Notes: generated by a model not told the origin, from the sequence alone. A stretch of 64,000 nt of DNA from Octopus sinensis (GCF_006345805.1 NW_021836146.1:62001-126000), one strand, 5' to 3'; counted from the first letter of the stretch, positions 40,238-55,039 are shown. Numbers and translations: made by a program.

Positions 40238-40357
40238 GATGCCCTTCCTAAGACCATACACACATCCTTACATTATTGATGCCCTTCCTAAGACCATACA
40301 CACATTCTTACATTATTGATGCCCTTCCTAAGACCGTACACTCATTCTTACATTATT
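40238..40357. repeat. Three-copy 40 bp tandem repeat
   Basis: GATGCCCTTCCTAAGACCATACACACATCCTTACATTATT at 40238, 40278 and 40318. The first part of the unit derives from a SINE tail. Confidence 0.92.
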
Positions 40358-41718
40358 GTTAAAGTTTATTATTTTGTTATTACAAACATCACATTGTATA
40401 TCAACAAAAATGCATTTTTTTAAATACTGTATATTGTGTATTGTGTGTGTGTGTATAAGATACTGTATAATCCAATACTCTATTTGTTTCCATAATAACC
40501 ATTCTCATTTTGGAGATTACAAACATCAGGAAATATTTATTTCTTGCGGATCATTGTATTATCTAGGTAATATCAAATTTTAAAAAAGCTAAAACAGAAG
40601 AGATGCCAGAAATATATCATACTGGGTTTTTGGGCATTAGATAGGAAGATCCTTTCAGCATAACATTGTTTTATTATACATGCTACCATGCTTCTTGTAT
40701 ATTGTTGTTATGGTGACAGCTGTAACCACTCTGATACAGCCATATCCATGTAAAACAGATAACTCGATGAGAGTAAAAGTAAATACACATTAATTCATAA
40801 ACATTTGTAAATAGTTTAAGTTTTATGCTTGCAGTTAATTCAGATATACTAGATTTTGAACTATCATTTCCATTCATAAGCAGTCATTTTCAGATATCAT
40901 GGGAATTTTGTATGGATGGTCAACACAATATTGTAATGGTTAACCATCAAATATATTTGTTTTATAAAGTAATAATAATCCTGGAGAAAATTTGACCTTA
41001 AAAATGTTTCAATTCCGATCAGCAGTAAAGAATTTATTGCATACTTGGCCAAGATAATACTGTAACATATCTAGCTCTAAATAAGCACTACAGATATTAT
41101 AATTAACTAATGTCAGCAACAACATGAGGAACTGCATTGTGCTTGCTTGAAGTTTTAGAAATAGTAACCAAACAATCCTCAAATAGTAAAATAACTTTCT
41201 TTGAAAAGAAAGAACATATTGGACATTGCAGTCTTAGATGCCTGAAAAAAGAATGAGGGTTGGTCATGGACAGTAGATGAAAAACAATAAACTAACCTAG
41301 AGAAGATTTCTATCAAATCCTCTTAATACTATTGAAAACCAGAGATCTGCACTGGCCTTATAGATCCTTACAATTCAGATAGCATTAGCTTGTTACTGTC
41401 TTAATGCTTTAGTTTCTCAAATGGCTAGATAGTTCAGCTTTTCTTCAAGCAGTATTATAAGAGGTATCATGAGGTCATCATGCAATTTCTTAACAACTTA
41501 CATTGCCTCAATGACTGTGATGATTACTAAACTGGTGGGATTTTTACCATGATGATTATTTCTATATGTTCTTCCATCTTCTTTTTATAAATCATAAAAC
41601 ATAGAATTTACCATTACCACAGGATACTGCAAATTTCAGCTAAAACTGAAATGGGTTCCTTTCACATATTTGCGAAAAAAGGTATTATCTGCTCTTATAA
41701 ATGAAGTTTTTCATTACC

Positions 41719-41747
41719 ACTTACCTGAAAAATACAAAAACAAAAAA
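41719..41747 (-). other. Candidate recursive splice site (ratchet point)
   Basis: Minus strand TTTTTTGTTTTTGTATTTTTCAG|GTAAGT: a polypyrimidine acceptor fused to a perfect donor. Confidence 0.4.
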
Positions 41748-42921
41748 TGCAATGTAGATTTTATTTCTAAATACATGAAAATTAACAAATTATCAAATTG
41801 CAAAAACAATATATTGAAAATTAGAGAAATCAAATAGAATTTTTTTTAAATACACTATTGGACAATTCTCCCTTTACTTCTAATTTTTGTTACCTTTGGT
41901 CCCAACTTAAACCTATACAACACCTACTATTAACACAGAAACAACACTGACTAGTCACCTCTGAGACACTACTCATTCATCCCTAATCTCCATATCATCT
42001 CTCTTGTTCAGGCTAATTTTACATATTTTTTTTTTCAAAATCATACAAAATTTATAGTCACTCCTGAACATTTAGAACAAAATCATGCTATGCTAATTCA
42101 CGTACTGTATCCTCTCCAAACTATTCCAATCACTGTATACTATTCTGCAACCAAGATAGTTTTATATGCAGCACCATAAAAGGCAGTGAATTTGCTGGCA
42201 GACCTGCTTCCAACACAACAGAGCAAAAATTCAACAAACCTTCTACATACTCTCCATCTCTGCTCCATCAGCCTCAATATCACATACACAAAGCTGGTTG
42301 CATTACTCGAACAATTCTTCAGTCACTACTGTTCAATAAAGCAACCAATTCTTAGAAGGGTTATTTCCTGAGATAGCACTAATCTTACCAAACTCTTAAA
42401 TCTCTCTCTCTCTCTAAAGGTAGTATCTCACCCAAGCTATAGAATAGCATGACACTATGTCCAATTCCCAAGGAAAACTATTACTCTGAACCTACCAGTT
42501 CCTCCTATACTTCCACTAGTTTCAACAACTCAAAGATGATTGAAACAATCGAAAACAACAACATTCTGGTGTCTCCTACACTTTTCAAGAATCAGTAGCA
42601 TTATTTCTGCAAAGTGCCTCTTCAGAGATCTACAGAGTTCACAGATGGTTCTCCTGCTTTTGATAACTTGATGAAAGCAAGACTGTTATCTTGAACTAAA
42701 GCAAACCATATTATGTTGTCTTCCAGTTGGTTCTATTCTTCATAATCTCATGAATTGGATGCTAGTTCATCAGGTATTTTTGCAGTCTAAATTTCGACAA
42801 ACTCAGAATTGTGCCATGGTTTAGTTATGTCTTTCATGCTCTTTTGTTTACACTAAATTTCATAATTTAGGGGACATTATAACCAAGTTACCCAACACAT
42901 TTACCTCTCTCCCCTCACCCT

Positions 42922-43265
42922 AATAATGGCTGTGAGGTAAGAATCTTGCTTCCCAACCAAATGATTTCAGGTTCAGTCCCATTGCTTAAGAACTTGGGCA
43001 ACTGTCTTCTACTATAGCCTGAGGCTGACCAAAGCCTTGTGAGTTGATTTGGCAGAGAGAAACTGAATAGAAATCTGTCGTGTGTGTGTGTGTGCTTGTC
43101 TTCCACAACTGCTTGACTACTGGTGTTGCTTTGTTTATGTCCCTATAACCTAGTGGTTCCATGAAAGAGGCCAATAGAATAAGTACCAGACTTTTAAAAA
43201 ATTAAGCACTGAGGTCAATTCATTCAAAATAAAATTCAAGTTGCTGCCCTGGCATAGCACAATCT
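42922..43265 (+). mobile_element. tRNA-derived SINE
   Basis: Head TGGCTGTGAGGTAAGAATCTTGCTTCCCAACC..GGTTCAGTCCC; reverse-complement homologue of 18718-19034. Confidence 0.8.
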
Positions 43266-44139
43266 GATGGCTGAACCAAATAAAAAAATTAAAAGATCCT
43301 TCTTTCATCAATTTCTATTCATTGTGCTAAACACTTCACTCAATTATTTTTTCATTAGATCTGTGCCCACCTTTTTCTTACCTATGTTTTAAAATAAAAA
43401 TTTAAACTGAACATCATCAATATGAACTCTACCAGAACAGAAAAGCATACAGAAGTCAGGGATGCCACATACTCTCAATAGACAAAATTTTAAAAATACA
43501 CAGGTGTGTGTTTGGGTATGTTGAAAAATAATCTTTATCACAAAAATGGGATTTATCTCACTGTTATACCACATTATCAAAATAAAATAAACTGTGCTAT
43601 ATATAATGGGTAACTGACGCCCCTTTTAACAACTCTTGGATAACTGAACAGGGTCAGAACCTGAATTAATTGCATGAAATATTTAGCCATATGCATTTTA
43701 TAGCAATGTATTTTTCCTGTCAAATCCATTTATCACTTTATAATTTTCTGCAAGGTTAATTAAGTCAAGTAAAGAGGTTTATCTAAGGGCACAACACATT
43801 ACTGGTAATAAACTTTGAGCTTATGGCCTTCAAGTGAATAATGCAAAATCTCAATCATTTGATCATACTTTTTTATATCTTTTATCAGAAATTAAAATTT
43901 TCTTAAAATGATTTCACTTAAAATGAAACATATTTTTGATAAAATCCATCTACAGGAGCAAAAATGATACTACATATATAAATGGAAGCTATTAAGAACA
44001 CGATTATGCATAAGAAGTTAACAGCTATTCCATAAATGTATATAATATATAGAAAATAAACTGAACATTATGAATGAAAAACAAATGTTTAAGAGATAGC
44101 ATCCTTTTAAACAAAGTGCTGTATTCATTCCTCACTTAC

Positions 44140-44286
44140 TTGATGATGATGATGATGATGATAACAACAACACAGATGATGATGATGAGTAAATAGTGGT
44201 GATGGTGATAATGATATATTATGGGGTTTGTTATTTTGTATCAGATTTGTTTCAGATCTTTGTAGCTCTTGCCTTACAGGATCCAT
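44140..44286 (-). CDS. Candidate first coding exon MDPVRQELQRSETNLIQNNKPHNISLSPSPLFTHHHHLCCCYHHHHHHQ
   Basis: aaaATGG start context, upstream in-frame TGA, 49 open codons and donor CAA|gtaagt. Part of it is a (CAT)n repeat, so chance is not excluded. Confidence 0.25.
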
Positions 44287-46384
44287 TTTTGATAGAATCT
44301 TGCCACGCCGATAATAATATAATGCCCAGAGACATCAATTAAAGAGAGAGATTCTGATGACAAAAATCAGGAATTTCTCTCACTTACAATATTCACACAT
44401 TCTTACAGTCACGAACACTTTTATGCTGATGGAAATGAAAACATAGTTTTACTTCATAGTTTTGATTGCTACATGCTTCCAAGATATATGGATGCTAACT
44501 GCATTTAACTTGAATATTATTACAGACTGTTATCAAATTAATGTATGTGCACAAACTTTGTATACATGAATGTGTATGTACAGTCAAATGTAAGTATATA
44601 TATATGTGTGTGTATGAGAGGAGCTATCTATGTGCAACTCAAGTTGTTTATATATGTGAGTATGTTTTCAATCCTTAATAGTTTGGCTTTCATGACAATG
44701 TCGAAATTTACTCTGCAACTGGCATGCTTATAAAGACATATTCTTCTTTTATGTAAATATATAACGTAAAATACTGAAATAACAAAATCAAGGGCATTAA
44801 CGGAAACTAAAGATGGAAAAAGTGCTGAAAGACTTGAAGAAGAAAGTTGGAGGTATAGAAGTTACAAGAAAGATCATGAAGAATTATAATAGCTATGTGC
44901 TTTCATATACTGTACTAATTTAAAGAAAACCATGACAAACATTCTCTTACACCCAATAGTTGTAAAGAGAAAATAACAGATTATATTCAGAATATTGATT
45001 TATTTTTTCAACAACCAGTTTCTCTATATTATATACCTATAATTTCTTGAGAAATCAGAATATATTTTGACGACTATAGTAGATATAATTTATGTATTTA
45101 ATTATCATTTGTCTGCCATGTTATAATGAGGCAAATATATTTACAAGAATTATAACAGCAATTTATTTTAAAGCTAGATGCTAATAGCCTTCTCTCAACT
45201 AACTCACTGATGATGGCCTATATTTTTAAGGCAAGCTGTATTAAATATGAATCTCATAAATACAAACATTGTGCCAGTCACAATATTTTAAGTCAAATGT
45301 ATTATCACCAATGCAACTACTCTCTTATGTTCATATGACACCATAGGAATACATTTGTTGAAAATGTATTCATACGTTTATACTATATTACATGCTGATA
45401 GCCTGAGAAAGGTAAGTTATTCTGATGTTTAATTCATATATACAAACACTAATTTACATATTAATGAATAAAGAAGGAGAATAGACAAAACAAAATATTT
45501 GGTTGTTAACTCCATATTATTCTGGAGTTTTATTTTTGTGAAAGACATTTTGAGTAATTATTGCTCATTGTCTTTTGTTGTTGTTGTTGTATTTTTTTTC
45601 GTACAAGAAGAACACAGTAAGAAATGAGAAAAAATTGCTAAAAAGTGGTAATATGAGTAACAAATGTAATTTCTTAGTACACAAACTTGACAGAAGCAAT
45701 ACACAGCCAATTTAATGAAGCACACTACTTAAATAATACTAAGTTTGTATATTAATAACTTCTATATTACATATTGATAGAAGCTCAAACAGTAAAAATC
45801 AAGGAAAATATAACACTACACTTTGGTTTCACACACTTAAAATGAAATGGACCTTATGAATTTTTAAAATCTCCATTGAAAAAGAAAAAGAAGTTAAACA
45901 CAGTAGTTAGGAATATTCAGCATTCAGAAAATTGTAATTTTAGAAGGGGCAAGTTGTATGATTTTAAGTAAGAAGTAAGCCTGATGGGTTGTGTCAAAAA
46001 CTGCTTCTATACAGAGAAAAAAGTAAAATAAAGATGATCAATATCTAATAATCAATATCTAAGTAAATGAATATTTCATAAATTAATGAACTTATATTGT
46101 TTGTTGATTTTGCTATGACCAAATATTTCATAATATGAAAATACAAGATTACTGATTTGTCTGAGTTTAAAATTTATATTTTAACAAGAATAAGAAATGT
46201 GAGACAAAATAGCAAATAGGAATTCTTTGAATCAAGGGGTTCTTTAATCACAGTAAATGTTAACTAAATTGAAATTTACAACATTTTGATTAAGCCCATT
46301 ATAACATGGAAAATAGTTATATGCTCATTGTACATACTGCTACTGTTACAGATGAAGATTAATTTTCTATAAGTCTGGAATGGG

Positions 46385-46767
46385 ATGGAAGCACTCCGTC
46401 GGTTACGACGACGAGGGTTCCGGTTGATCCGAATCAACGGAACAGCCTGCTCGTGAAATTAACGTGTAAGTGGATGAGCACTCCACAGACACGTGTACCC
46501 TTAATGTAGTTCTCGGGGATATTCAGCGTGACACAGGGAGTGACAAGGCTGGCCCTTTGAAATACAGGTACAACAGAAACAGGAAGTAAGAGTGAGAGAA
46601 AGTTGTGGTGAAAGAGTACAGCAGGGATCACCACCATCCCCTGCCAGAGCCTCGTGGAGCTTTAGGTGTTTTCGCTCAATAAACACTCACAACGCCCGGT
46701 CTGGGAATCGAAACCGCGATCCTATGACCGTGAGTCTGCTGCCCTAACCACTGGGCCATTGCGCCTC
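46385..46767 (-). mobile_element. Young tRNA-derived SINE
   Basis: Minus-strand head GAGGCGCAATGGCCCAGTGGTTAGGGCAGC..GGTTTCGATTCCC (A and B boxes), with many intact CpGs. Confidence 0.85.
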
Positions 46768-47420
46768 TATAAGTCTACCTGTCATCCCACTACACTTGTG
46801 TGTCCATATCTTAATTTAGGTACAGCACATGAAGTTTATGGCTTTTGTTTTCAGCTTATACATATACCAGTGTGTTTTCAATAGAATATGGTGACTATCA
46901 TTTTATAATTCTTTTAGTAAAATAATAATTCCAGAAAATAGAAATAATAGTTCAAAATAATCTCTAAAATAGCTTTAAAATCATTGCAGAAATATGGTTG
47001 TTTTTTCTATTTTGTGTGTGTGTGTGCATGTGCATCTGCAATAATTCACTTTTGCTTCAAATGCTTTTTTGAATGAACAGATAATATCAAATCCTCTCAT
47101 TAAAACCATTCCAGTTCATAATTACTGATAACTAACCAACTTTAATTTAATTTTAATTACAAATAAAACAATTAAAAATTACAATATTTACTTCTTAAAT
47201 GAAAAATTGCAGCTACACACAGACACTAATGGTCAAACATAGTAGTTGTGCAACAGAAATATTTATTGCCTTGACAGAGAAGGTAGTTTCTTACAGCTGA
47301 AAATCTTGAGAGTGGTAATTCTTTTCTTTCTTTCTGTCTTAATAACAAATATAAAAAATAAACAGAACAAAACTGAACTGAGTTCAGAAACTTAAACAGA
47401 GACAATACTTTTCAACAACC

Positions 47421-47756
47421 CTGTAAAGACCCCCTTCGGTCATGAATGACCATGGGATTGCACCTAGAAAGTTACCCTCCTAGACACAAGTCCGGGCAAG
47501 GTTGTTTATGGAAACCAGCAGTCGCCCATGCATACCAGCCTCCCCTCTCCACGCCACCAGTGTTATCCAAGGGAAAGACAAAGGTCGATACAGCTTGGCA
47601 CCTGTGATGTCGCAATTCATTTCTACAGCTGAGTGAACTGGAGCAACGTGAAATAAAGTGCCTTGCTCAAGAACACAACATCCAGCCCGGTCCGGGATTC
47701 AAGCTCACAACCTCACGATCGTAAGCTCGACGCTCTAACCACTGAGCTATGCGCCT
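47421..47756 (-). mobile_element. Young tRNA-derived SINE, second family
   Basis: Minus-strand head AGGCGCATAGCTCAGTGGTTAGAGCGTCGAGCTTACGATCGTGAGG..TTGAATCCCGG followed by a non-tRNA body. Confidence 0.85.
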
Positions 47757-48539
47757 GTACCAAGCATATAATTAAATGTTTGGGATTACCAAGAACCAGA
47801 CTTCAATGATTATTAACAATATGTAATTCTCACGCTTCTTGATTAAGGACCTGACTATAGAGAAATCACCTAACTCAAAATGTACTTTCTTCAGGGTTTA
47901 ATGTATATTAACAAATGTGGGTGGGGGAAGAAAAAATGATTTTAGATATGCATTATATTTAATAGCCTGTATGCTTGTGGGTACAAGAATTATGAAGACA
48001 AATTTATATGTTGCAATCTCATACAATGACAAAAACTGTTATAGCATTCTTTACATACACATTAGCCAAGCTGCTTTGGTGTGTCATATTCTATATCATC
48101 AACAACATCATCATCATCACCATTAACCATATTATCATCACTATGACTACTATCGTTTGCACCACTATCTAACCTACATAATGTCTATTCATTTGCTCAC
48201 AAGTATCAGATAGTCTGTCTTAGCCAAAAAAAAAAAACCAATCTAAAGATTGGTCCTCTCTTTATTGTGTTGTCTTCTGTTGATTCATTCCTTTCTTTCC
48301 CAAGCAACTTTGTAGCAGAGAGCTAGAAGAAGAATAGAAAAGCAACAAAGAGAGATTAGGGTGGAGCGGGGAGGAGAGGAAAATGTGAGTAACAAGAGAG
48401 TAAGAGGAGGTGACATAACAAAGTCACATTACATCTGTTGGTCATAGTAAATAGAAGCAACATGACCAAGAGGGTGGTGAAATAAAAGACAAGTGAAGTG
48501 ATAGAATAGTGAAGGAGGGAATGAAAGACAGCTAGATGA

Positions 48540-48760
48540 TGACTATTGGTAAAGGGATTGAATAAGAACAGTATGAAAAACATGTCAGAAGAGGGAAAGA
48601 ATAACTGCAGAGGCACAAGGGGCATAGTGAAATTACTGGTAGGCTTAGAGTCAAAAATCTTCATATGTGGCATATGTATAGCAGCAGTTAGCCATAAGAG
48701 TACATATGAAAATGATTCCTTTGAGCATATGCTCAAAAGGCTCTCTAGAAGTCATTGATA
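48540..48760 (+). mobile_element. Decayed RTE fragment (Cys-finger region)
   Basis: KNNCRGTRGIVKLLVGLESKIFICGIC loosely parallels HGRCTKMK..FVCGRC of the LINE near 10620. Confidence 0.35.
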
Positions 48761-48879
48761 GATTGTATTATCTCAATGATCCTAATCAGCTGTGGAAATA
48801 GATGCAAGAAAAAAACGAGAGGGTGACAGAAGAAAACAAATGAAGCATGTCACTAATGAGTGATAGAAAAAGAGATAAA

Positions 48880-49139
48880 AATCTTTAAAATCCTTAAAAA
48901 TGTTTTAGCCCGAAGGCCGCAGCCATGCTGGGGCACCACCGCTGAATGAGCCACACTAATTTGTGAATCCACCTCTGATACGTGGCACTTGATCAACAAG
49001 GGAGTTCGATGCTGCTGCCCGCATGTGTCTCCTGTCGTGAGGTAGGTTCATCTGGGACTCCCGACAAGAAGAGATCCAGTTTAGTTTTAAAGAAACCCAC
49101 ATCCACACCATGTAAGTCTCTCAGGCATTTAGGGAGATG
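48880..49139 (-). mobile_element. CR1/L2-like LINE 3' end
   Basis: Intact frame HLPKCLRDLHGVDVGFFKTKLDLFLSGVPDEPTSRQETHMRAAASNSLVDQVPRIRGGFTN*, then the tail GGTGCCCCAGCATGGCTGCGGCC. Confidence 0.75.
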
Positions 49140-49389
49140 TGCGAGAAAGAGAGAGAGAGTGATTATTAAGGCAGCTAGCTGGCAGAACTGTTAGCACATC
49201 AGAAAGAATGCATAGTGGCATTTTGTTTGTCTTTACATTCCAAGTTCATATGATACTCATGCTGACTTTGCCTTTCATCTTTCCGTGATTGATAAAATAG
49301 GTACCAGCTCAGCACTGCAATCAGTTGTCCACCTCCCACAAAGTTTCAGACCTTGTGCCTACAATAGAAATCATCATCATCATTATAAT

Positions 49390-49990
49390 CATCATTTTAT
49401 GAGTGCTTTTCCATGCTTGCATGAGTCGGATGGGTCTTCTACATCACAGTATATTTGCTATTTGTTGCAATCCTTTGTGCATTTCCTTCATAAGGCTGAG
49501 GCTTCTGAAGCCAGTTTTATCAATACATCCCATGTTTTACTTGAACTTCTACTTCTAGAAATTCCATTCAATTTGAGTACTTAGCACTTATTTATACAGC
49601 TGTGTTGCATATAGCGGATTCCTATATTTATAAGCAGTCTCCATATGCATCAAATGTTTGCTGCAATGCAGTCTTCTTACTTTCACATTACATCTGATTT
49701 GTCTTATAACAAGTTTTTTTCTCTCAGCTTTTGTATTTGTTATTCAAGCAAACTTACAATGTATATCCGACTGATTATACTCACTTTCAAGACTATGTAA
49801 ATCCCCCACATTCAAGGCCCACATCTTGCTACCATGTAGTATCGTATTTCATACACAAGCATTATAAAATCTTCCCCTGACATAGAGACAGGCCCCCCTC
49901 CCCCATTAATGCCAGAAATGGTAACACTCCCTAAGCTCTTCCCACATTTTATTATTCTTGCTACTATACTTTTAGAATGCCCACCTCTAA
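49390..49990 (-). mobile_element. Old RTE LINE fragment
   Basis: Inverted (CAT)n tail plus TTTTCCATGCTTGCATGAGTCGGATGG end; the body is degenerate. Confidence 0.55.
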
Positions 49991-52900
49991 TCAGAGATAT
50001 TGGGATTTTGTGATTTCTTAAAGGGAAAATTGGTTTATTATCTAATCAGCTGAAAAAGATGAGAGATTTGTACCAAAGGAAGGAATACTATAAGTAGCTT
50101 CCATATTAGTGGGATGTAAAGGATGTAGTTTAGGTTGGATGAAATTGACAGATTTATAATTATATGTTTTTGGTTGTTTCATGCTGAGGCCGTCCTTTAA
50201 AGGTTGTGGGTTGGTCATGTCAATTCTGGAAGTATTTCAGTCAAGTGGTTATTTTATTGATTTCCATTTATCAGATGGCTATGAAAAGGTAACTCAATGT
50301 ATCAGTTTACACTGATACACACACACACAGTTTCTACCCACCAAATTCCATTCCCAAGGCACACATCAACCAAATGCTGAAGTGGAAGACATCTGTGCAA
50401 GGTGCTACACATTGAAATCAATCCAGGAACCACTTAGTTGTGAAACCAACTTCTTAATCTTACAGATATGTCAGTACCTATGTATATGTGTAGATTAAAT
50501 ACGTCTGCTGAAAGTTTATACAAAGAATTACACAGATTAAGTTTAAAATGGAACTGCTGTATAAAATTAAATTATAAAAGCTTAGATATTGGAATCATTT
50601 TATTTTCTATTGTCAATGTAAAAATAAACTAATACAAAAACTTACAAGACAAAATAATTATTGTCGACTGAAGAAGTTCACTAAATAAGAGCCAACCATG
50701 TTATTATAAAGATATTCATAAACTAATACCATTGGTCTATACAAAAATTGACTGAATTTATACAAAAACATAAAGACATTCAAACTTTTAACATTCCCAA
50801 AGCAAAACAGACATAATCTACTTGAAGTTTTACCATATATAATAGAAAAAAATATTTGGCTATCTAAACATTTTGGAAAGGAAACAAGCATTAATCTCAG
50901 TAAAAGACATGACAGAATCTAAGGAAAATATGTGAAACAAAGCACTAAGCTTCACTATTGCCATCAATTCTGTTCTGTTTGATATTGAGCTGATTTTGAA
51001 TAAGTAAAATGAGATAAATGGTCTGTGCAACACATCGAGCTATAACCTATAAATCTAAAAGTGAACATCTTATTCATTCAGCCATTCTGACTTTATATTT
51101 GTATATCACATGTCAATTGTGATACAAAGTGGTGAACAGTAATATATATGAAACTGCTAAACTACTATGTCCGAAGTTAATAGATGTATGAAACTAATAA
51201 ATTATGCTGTAGGAATTATCTAGAGTTCAGCATATAAAAATTATAGGTTATTCTTCTGAAACTAATGTTTTATTGAAATAGAACTAGGTTTGTTCTACAG
51301 CTATCTTTAAGTGCTATTTTCACTTAGAGCTTAAAATAATTTACTTCCACATAATCATATCCAAGTAATCATTGGTCTTTAACCTTTACTGCAAACTTTT
51401 GAGATATTAGGAGACTATAGTTTTTTTCTGTTACTTATCCACAGAACTATTTTCAAACCATTTTTTAATGTTTTATCAGGTATGTTTAGAAATTTTGGTA
51501 TTTGTACAAAATATTAAAGCAAATGTTTTGTAACTGGATTCTTTTAATACTAACCAAAGACAAATAAGAAGTAATTATTTATGTGGATAAAATATACAAT
51601 AGGTGAATAAAACTATCCAAAGATATATATAAATTTCTTTATTCACTTCAGTGAAACATTTTAGACTACATACATAACTAGTCATGTTTTCTCTTGTTAC
51701 ACAGAGACCATTGACTTTTCCAAGGTATATCTCAATCACTGAAGTTGAAAAGATATGTATTAATTTTCAATACAATAATAGTTACATTGTTCTGTATTAG
51801 AGACTTAGGTTTCAAATAAAACTGTGAGCATCTTTTACATTTAAAATTCAAGCTATCATACGATTCCTTGATCTGCTAGACATACCAACCAAATTTCTTT
51901 CAAATGTTAAAATGGATTAGGATGATCATAACTGTAATACTCATGCTCAAATCAATCAAGGGTAGATTCGGAACTAAGCAGCAAGCAAAGCATTCTTTTT
52001 TTTTTTTTTGGACTTCTTATTTTAAATCAATGAAATGATAAAATGCAAACAATAAAAACAAAGCCACTACTGAAAGGATACCTTTTTATGCCTGAAAGAT
52101 TTTGCTCATACCATTGACTTGCTAACATTGTCATGTTAAATTGATATTGACCAGGTTCTTAGTTAGTCTAAATACTCATTTTTTTTTGCTGGCGAAACAA
52201 CGAAGTGAAATACCTTGCACAATAACACAATGCACCCCCTGGACTGGGAGTTGAACCCATGACAATATGTTTGGGTGCCCAGTTGTCTAAACAATTAATT
52301 ACTCAGAAAACGAAGACTATTAAAAATATTGTACTGTAAAAGTAGAGGTTACTGGTTACACTTGATGTCAAACCTAGTTTCAAAGAATTTTCGTTACTAA
52401 AATTTAATTTATGTTATCAGAAGTAAAGGTGTTATGAATATATTGATTAAATATGTCCAATTTGAAATTATAAATATATTTGTGATCTTGATAGATATCT
52501 TCCATAGTTAACAAAAACAGTTTTGTCAGATAGAAAAATACTTAAATAATATTAGAACCCATAAAAATTCCTTAACCGAGGTTTTTTCTTTTTTATTAAA
52601 GAAATTAATATCACAGCCTATCTAGAAAGATGGCAATATTTTTTTAGAGGTAAGTTATAAATCAACATTTACTCTGAAGTGGCAGAATGTTCTAAGATTT
52701 GTTCTGACTTGTTCTGTATAATAATAAAATTTGAAAAACTAAAATGCAATAGATCAAAGGAAATGAACTGAAATTTGAGTTTTAATACTAAATAAATGAA
52801 TAGACCAGAAATGTTAATTTTACATATAAAAGCTAACATTCCCGTATGAACTTATATTACTTTGTAACGATTATAAAATTCAAGTGTCAAAGACTTATGA

Positions 52901-55039
52901 ATGCTATTTCAATTTTAAATTTGAAAGTCATAGAATTGCTGTGAAACTAGTTATATATCAAGAAAGATAAATTAATTTTTAAGTTAAAATGATTTTCAAA
53001 AGATTCCTATAAATCTTTTCACTTTACATAAATTGCTTTAAGCTGGAACAGGTTTGATTATTCAAGGAATTCCAAATGTTTTCTATAAATTGTTAGAGCT
53101 TATATTATACTGCAGGATACTTCTGCAAGATACTCAGCCACAGCTAAGTGCAATATATATACTTTTTTAACTAAATTTAAGTATGCTGATAACAATAGTG
53201 ATACATATATTTTTTTCTAGAATGTAACACAATTCTAGTAGAATAAACCAATCTTAAAACTTTCATATGTAGACTGAAATTATAATAATTCATATCACAT
53301 GCTGCTACATCCAATGAATTCACCAACTTACATATCAAATCTTTACATTTCAATGCAAAAAATGATGTGTTAATGTATAATGAATTAGTGCAAATATTTT
53401 GACAAAAAATATTTCTATTGGATGCTGATACGATATAATAACATAAAAAAAAATTATTCTGTGTTAAAACTACTCAAGCATTATAAAAAGCGAGACACAA
53501 AATTCTTCAGCACTATAATTGAGGAAATAAAAATGAAGGCACTTTATGTGTGTAAGAATAGAAGAATTTGAAGCAATGGAACACCTGATTTATCAATAAG
53601 ACACTGTTCCAAACACATGATATTCTCAATAAGGGCAACACGTACAGAGAAATTTCCTAGTAAGAAATTTCAGTAAACATGTTGCTCTTTATTTCCTTCT
53701 GGGAAATTTCAATCATAGGATAAAAGTAGAAATTAATGGTATTAGCAGAATGATAACATTTAGTTAATATATATATATTCGTCATTTTTATACAATTTCT
53801 ATATTGATATGGGTCAGACAAAATTTGCAGAGGTAAATTTTCTATAAACAGATGCTCTTCCTGTCACCAACACTCACCTGTTTTTCTATAGCCAGATATA
53901 TTTCCCAATAAACAGACATATTTACAGGGAAACTTGGAAAGAAAGACCATCACCTGCATGACAGTGAAACTTGCTTACTATAATCATGTGATATTAAAGC
54001 AAGGAGACAGTAACAAACACATAAATAATAGGCTTCTTTCAGTTTCTGTTGAAACATCCATTCACAAGTTTTTGATCAGCCCTGAACTATAGTAGAACAC
54101 ACACATACTCAAGTATGGTAATGAAAACAGGGAAACTAGATCTCGGCACACTAAACTAGAACCAATGTATTTTTAAATTTAGCTTTAAAGCTACCAAAGT
54201 TACAGATTTATGACAGATTTATGTGTTGCATTTTCCAAATTTGATAAGTGCAATATGTGAAACTCTCACTTCTTGAGACACTTATATAGCTAAATAAAGA
54301 TACAAATACCCACCCATTTATATATAATCATCATCATGTAATGTTCACTTTTCCATGCTAGCATGGGTCAGACAGAATATACTGCGACAGATTTTCTATG
54401 GCAGAGTGCCTCATCTGTTTCCAAACAAGGTAATATTTTCCTATGACCAGACATACATTTGACAGAATAATCTGAATGCTAAAAGGTTAAGTCAGTCAAA
54501 GCTAGGCTTGGGGACTAAACAACATAATTAAGCAGGCATACTTTTCTCTAGAAATTTATTAAAATCCGATATGACTTCCAATGAATAATGTAAGAGACAA
54601 ATACTAAGAAAATTTTTTTATACATTGGAAAATCTAGTAATTAATTATTAATTTGATAAGAATTCGATATGGCTGTTACTGATTTGAGAAGATAAACAAG
54701 TCATTAATTGATCAATATTTTCAATAAGTAAAATTTCAATTAGTGTTTTGACAAGTCATTACAAAGAAATCTGATCTCCTGAATTTTAAATTCAATAATT
54801 TTCCATAAGACCCAATTTCCTGTATAATTTTATGAAGTCCCATTTACTTTATTTATCATGAATCCATATGTGGTTACTTGATTTGTTATGAATAGTAGCT
54901 ACATAGCTTTCAAATCATAACTTAATATCTTCAAAATGGAAGGACATATAGAATAATGTAATCCTAAATGTCAGAAAAAAGGTGGTCACACAAAGAACGA
55001 CTTTGATCATAGGTCTGCATAGTTATGGCATATCAGGAG

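Noticed and set aside
40238-40357. CRISPR-like appearance of the 40 bp repeats
   Set aside because: The repeats are contiguous with no spacers, the context is eukaryotic, and there are no cas genes.
40690-40752. CCYGDSCN, resembling the Ly6/three-finger C-terminal motif
   Set aside because: There is an in-frame stop just after the only upstream acceptor and no other domain cysteines.
46690-46767. tRNA-like sequence (also 47690-47756)
   Set aside because: It has A and B boxes but no complete cloverleaf or acceptor stem, and it runs into a SINE body; these are SINE heads, not tRNA genes.
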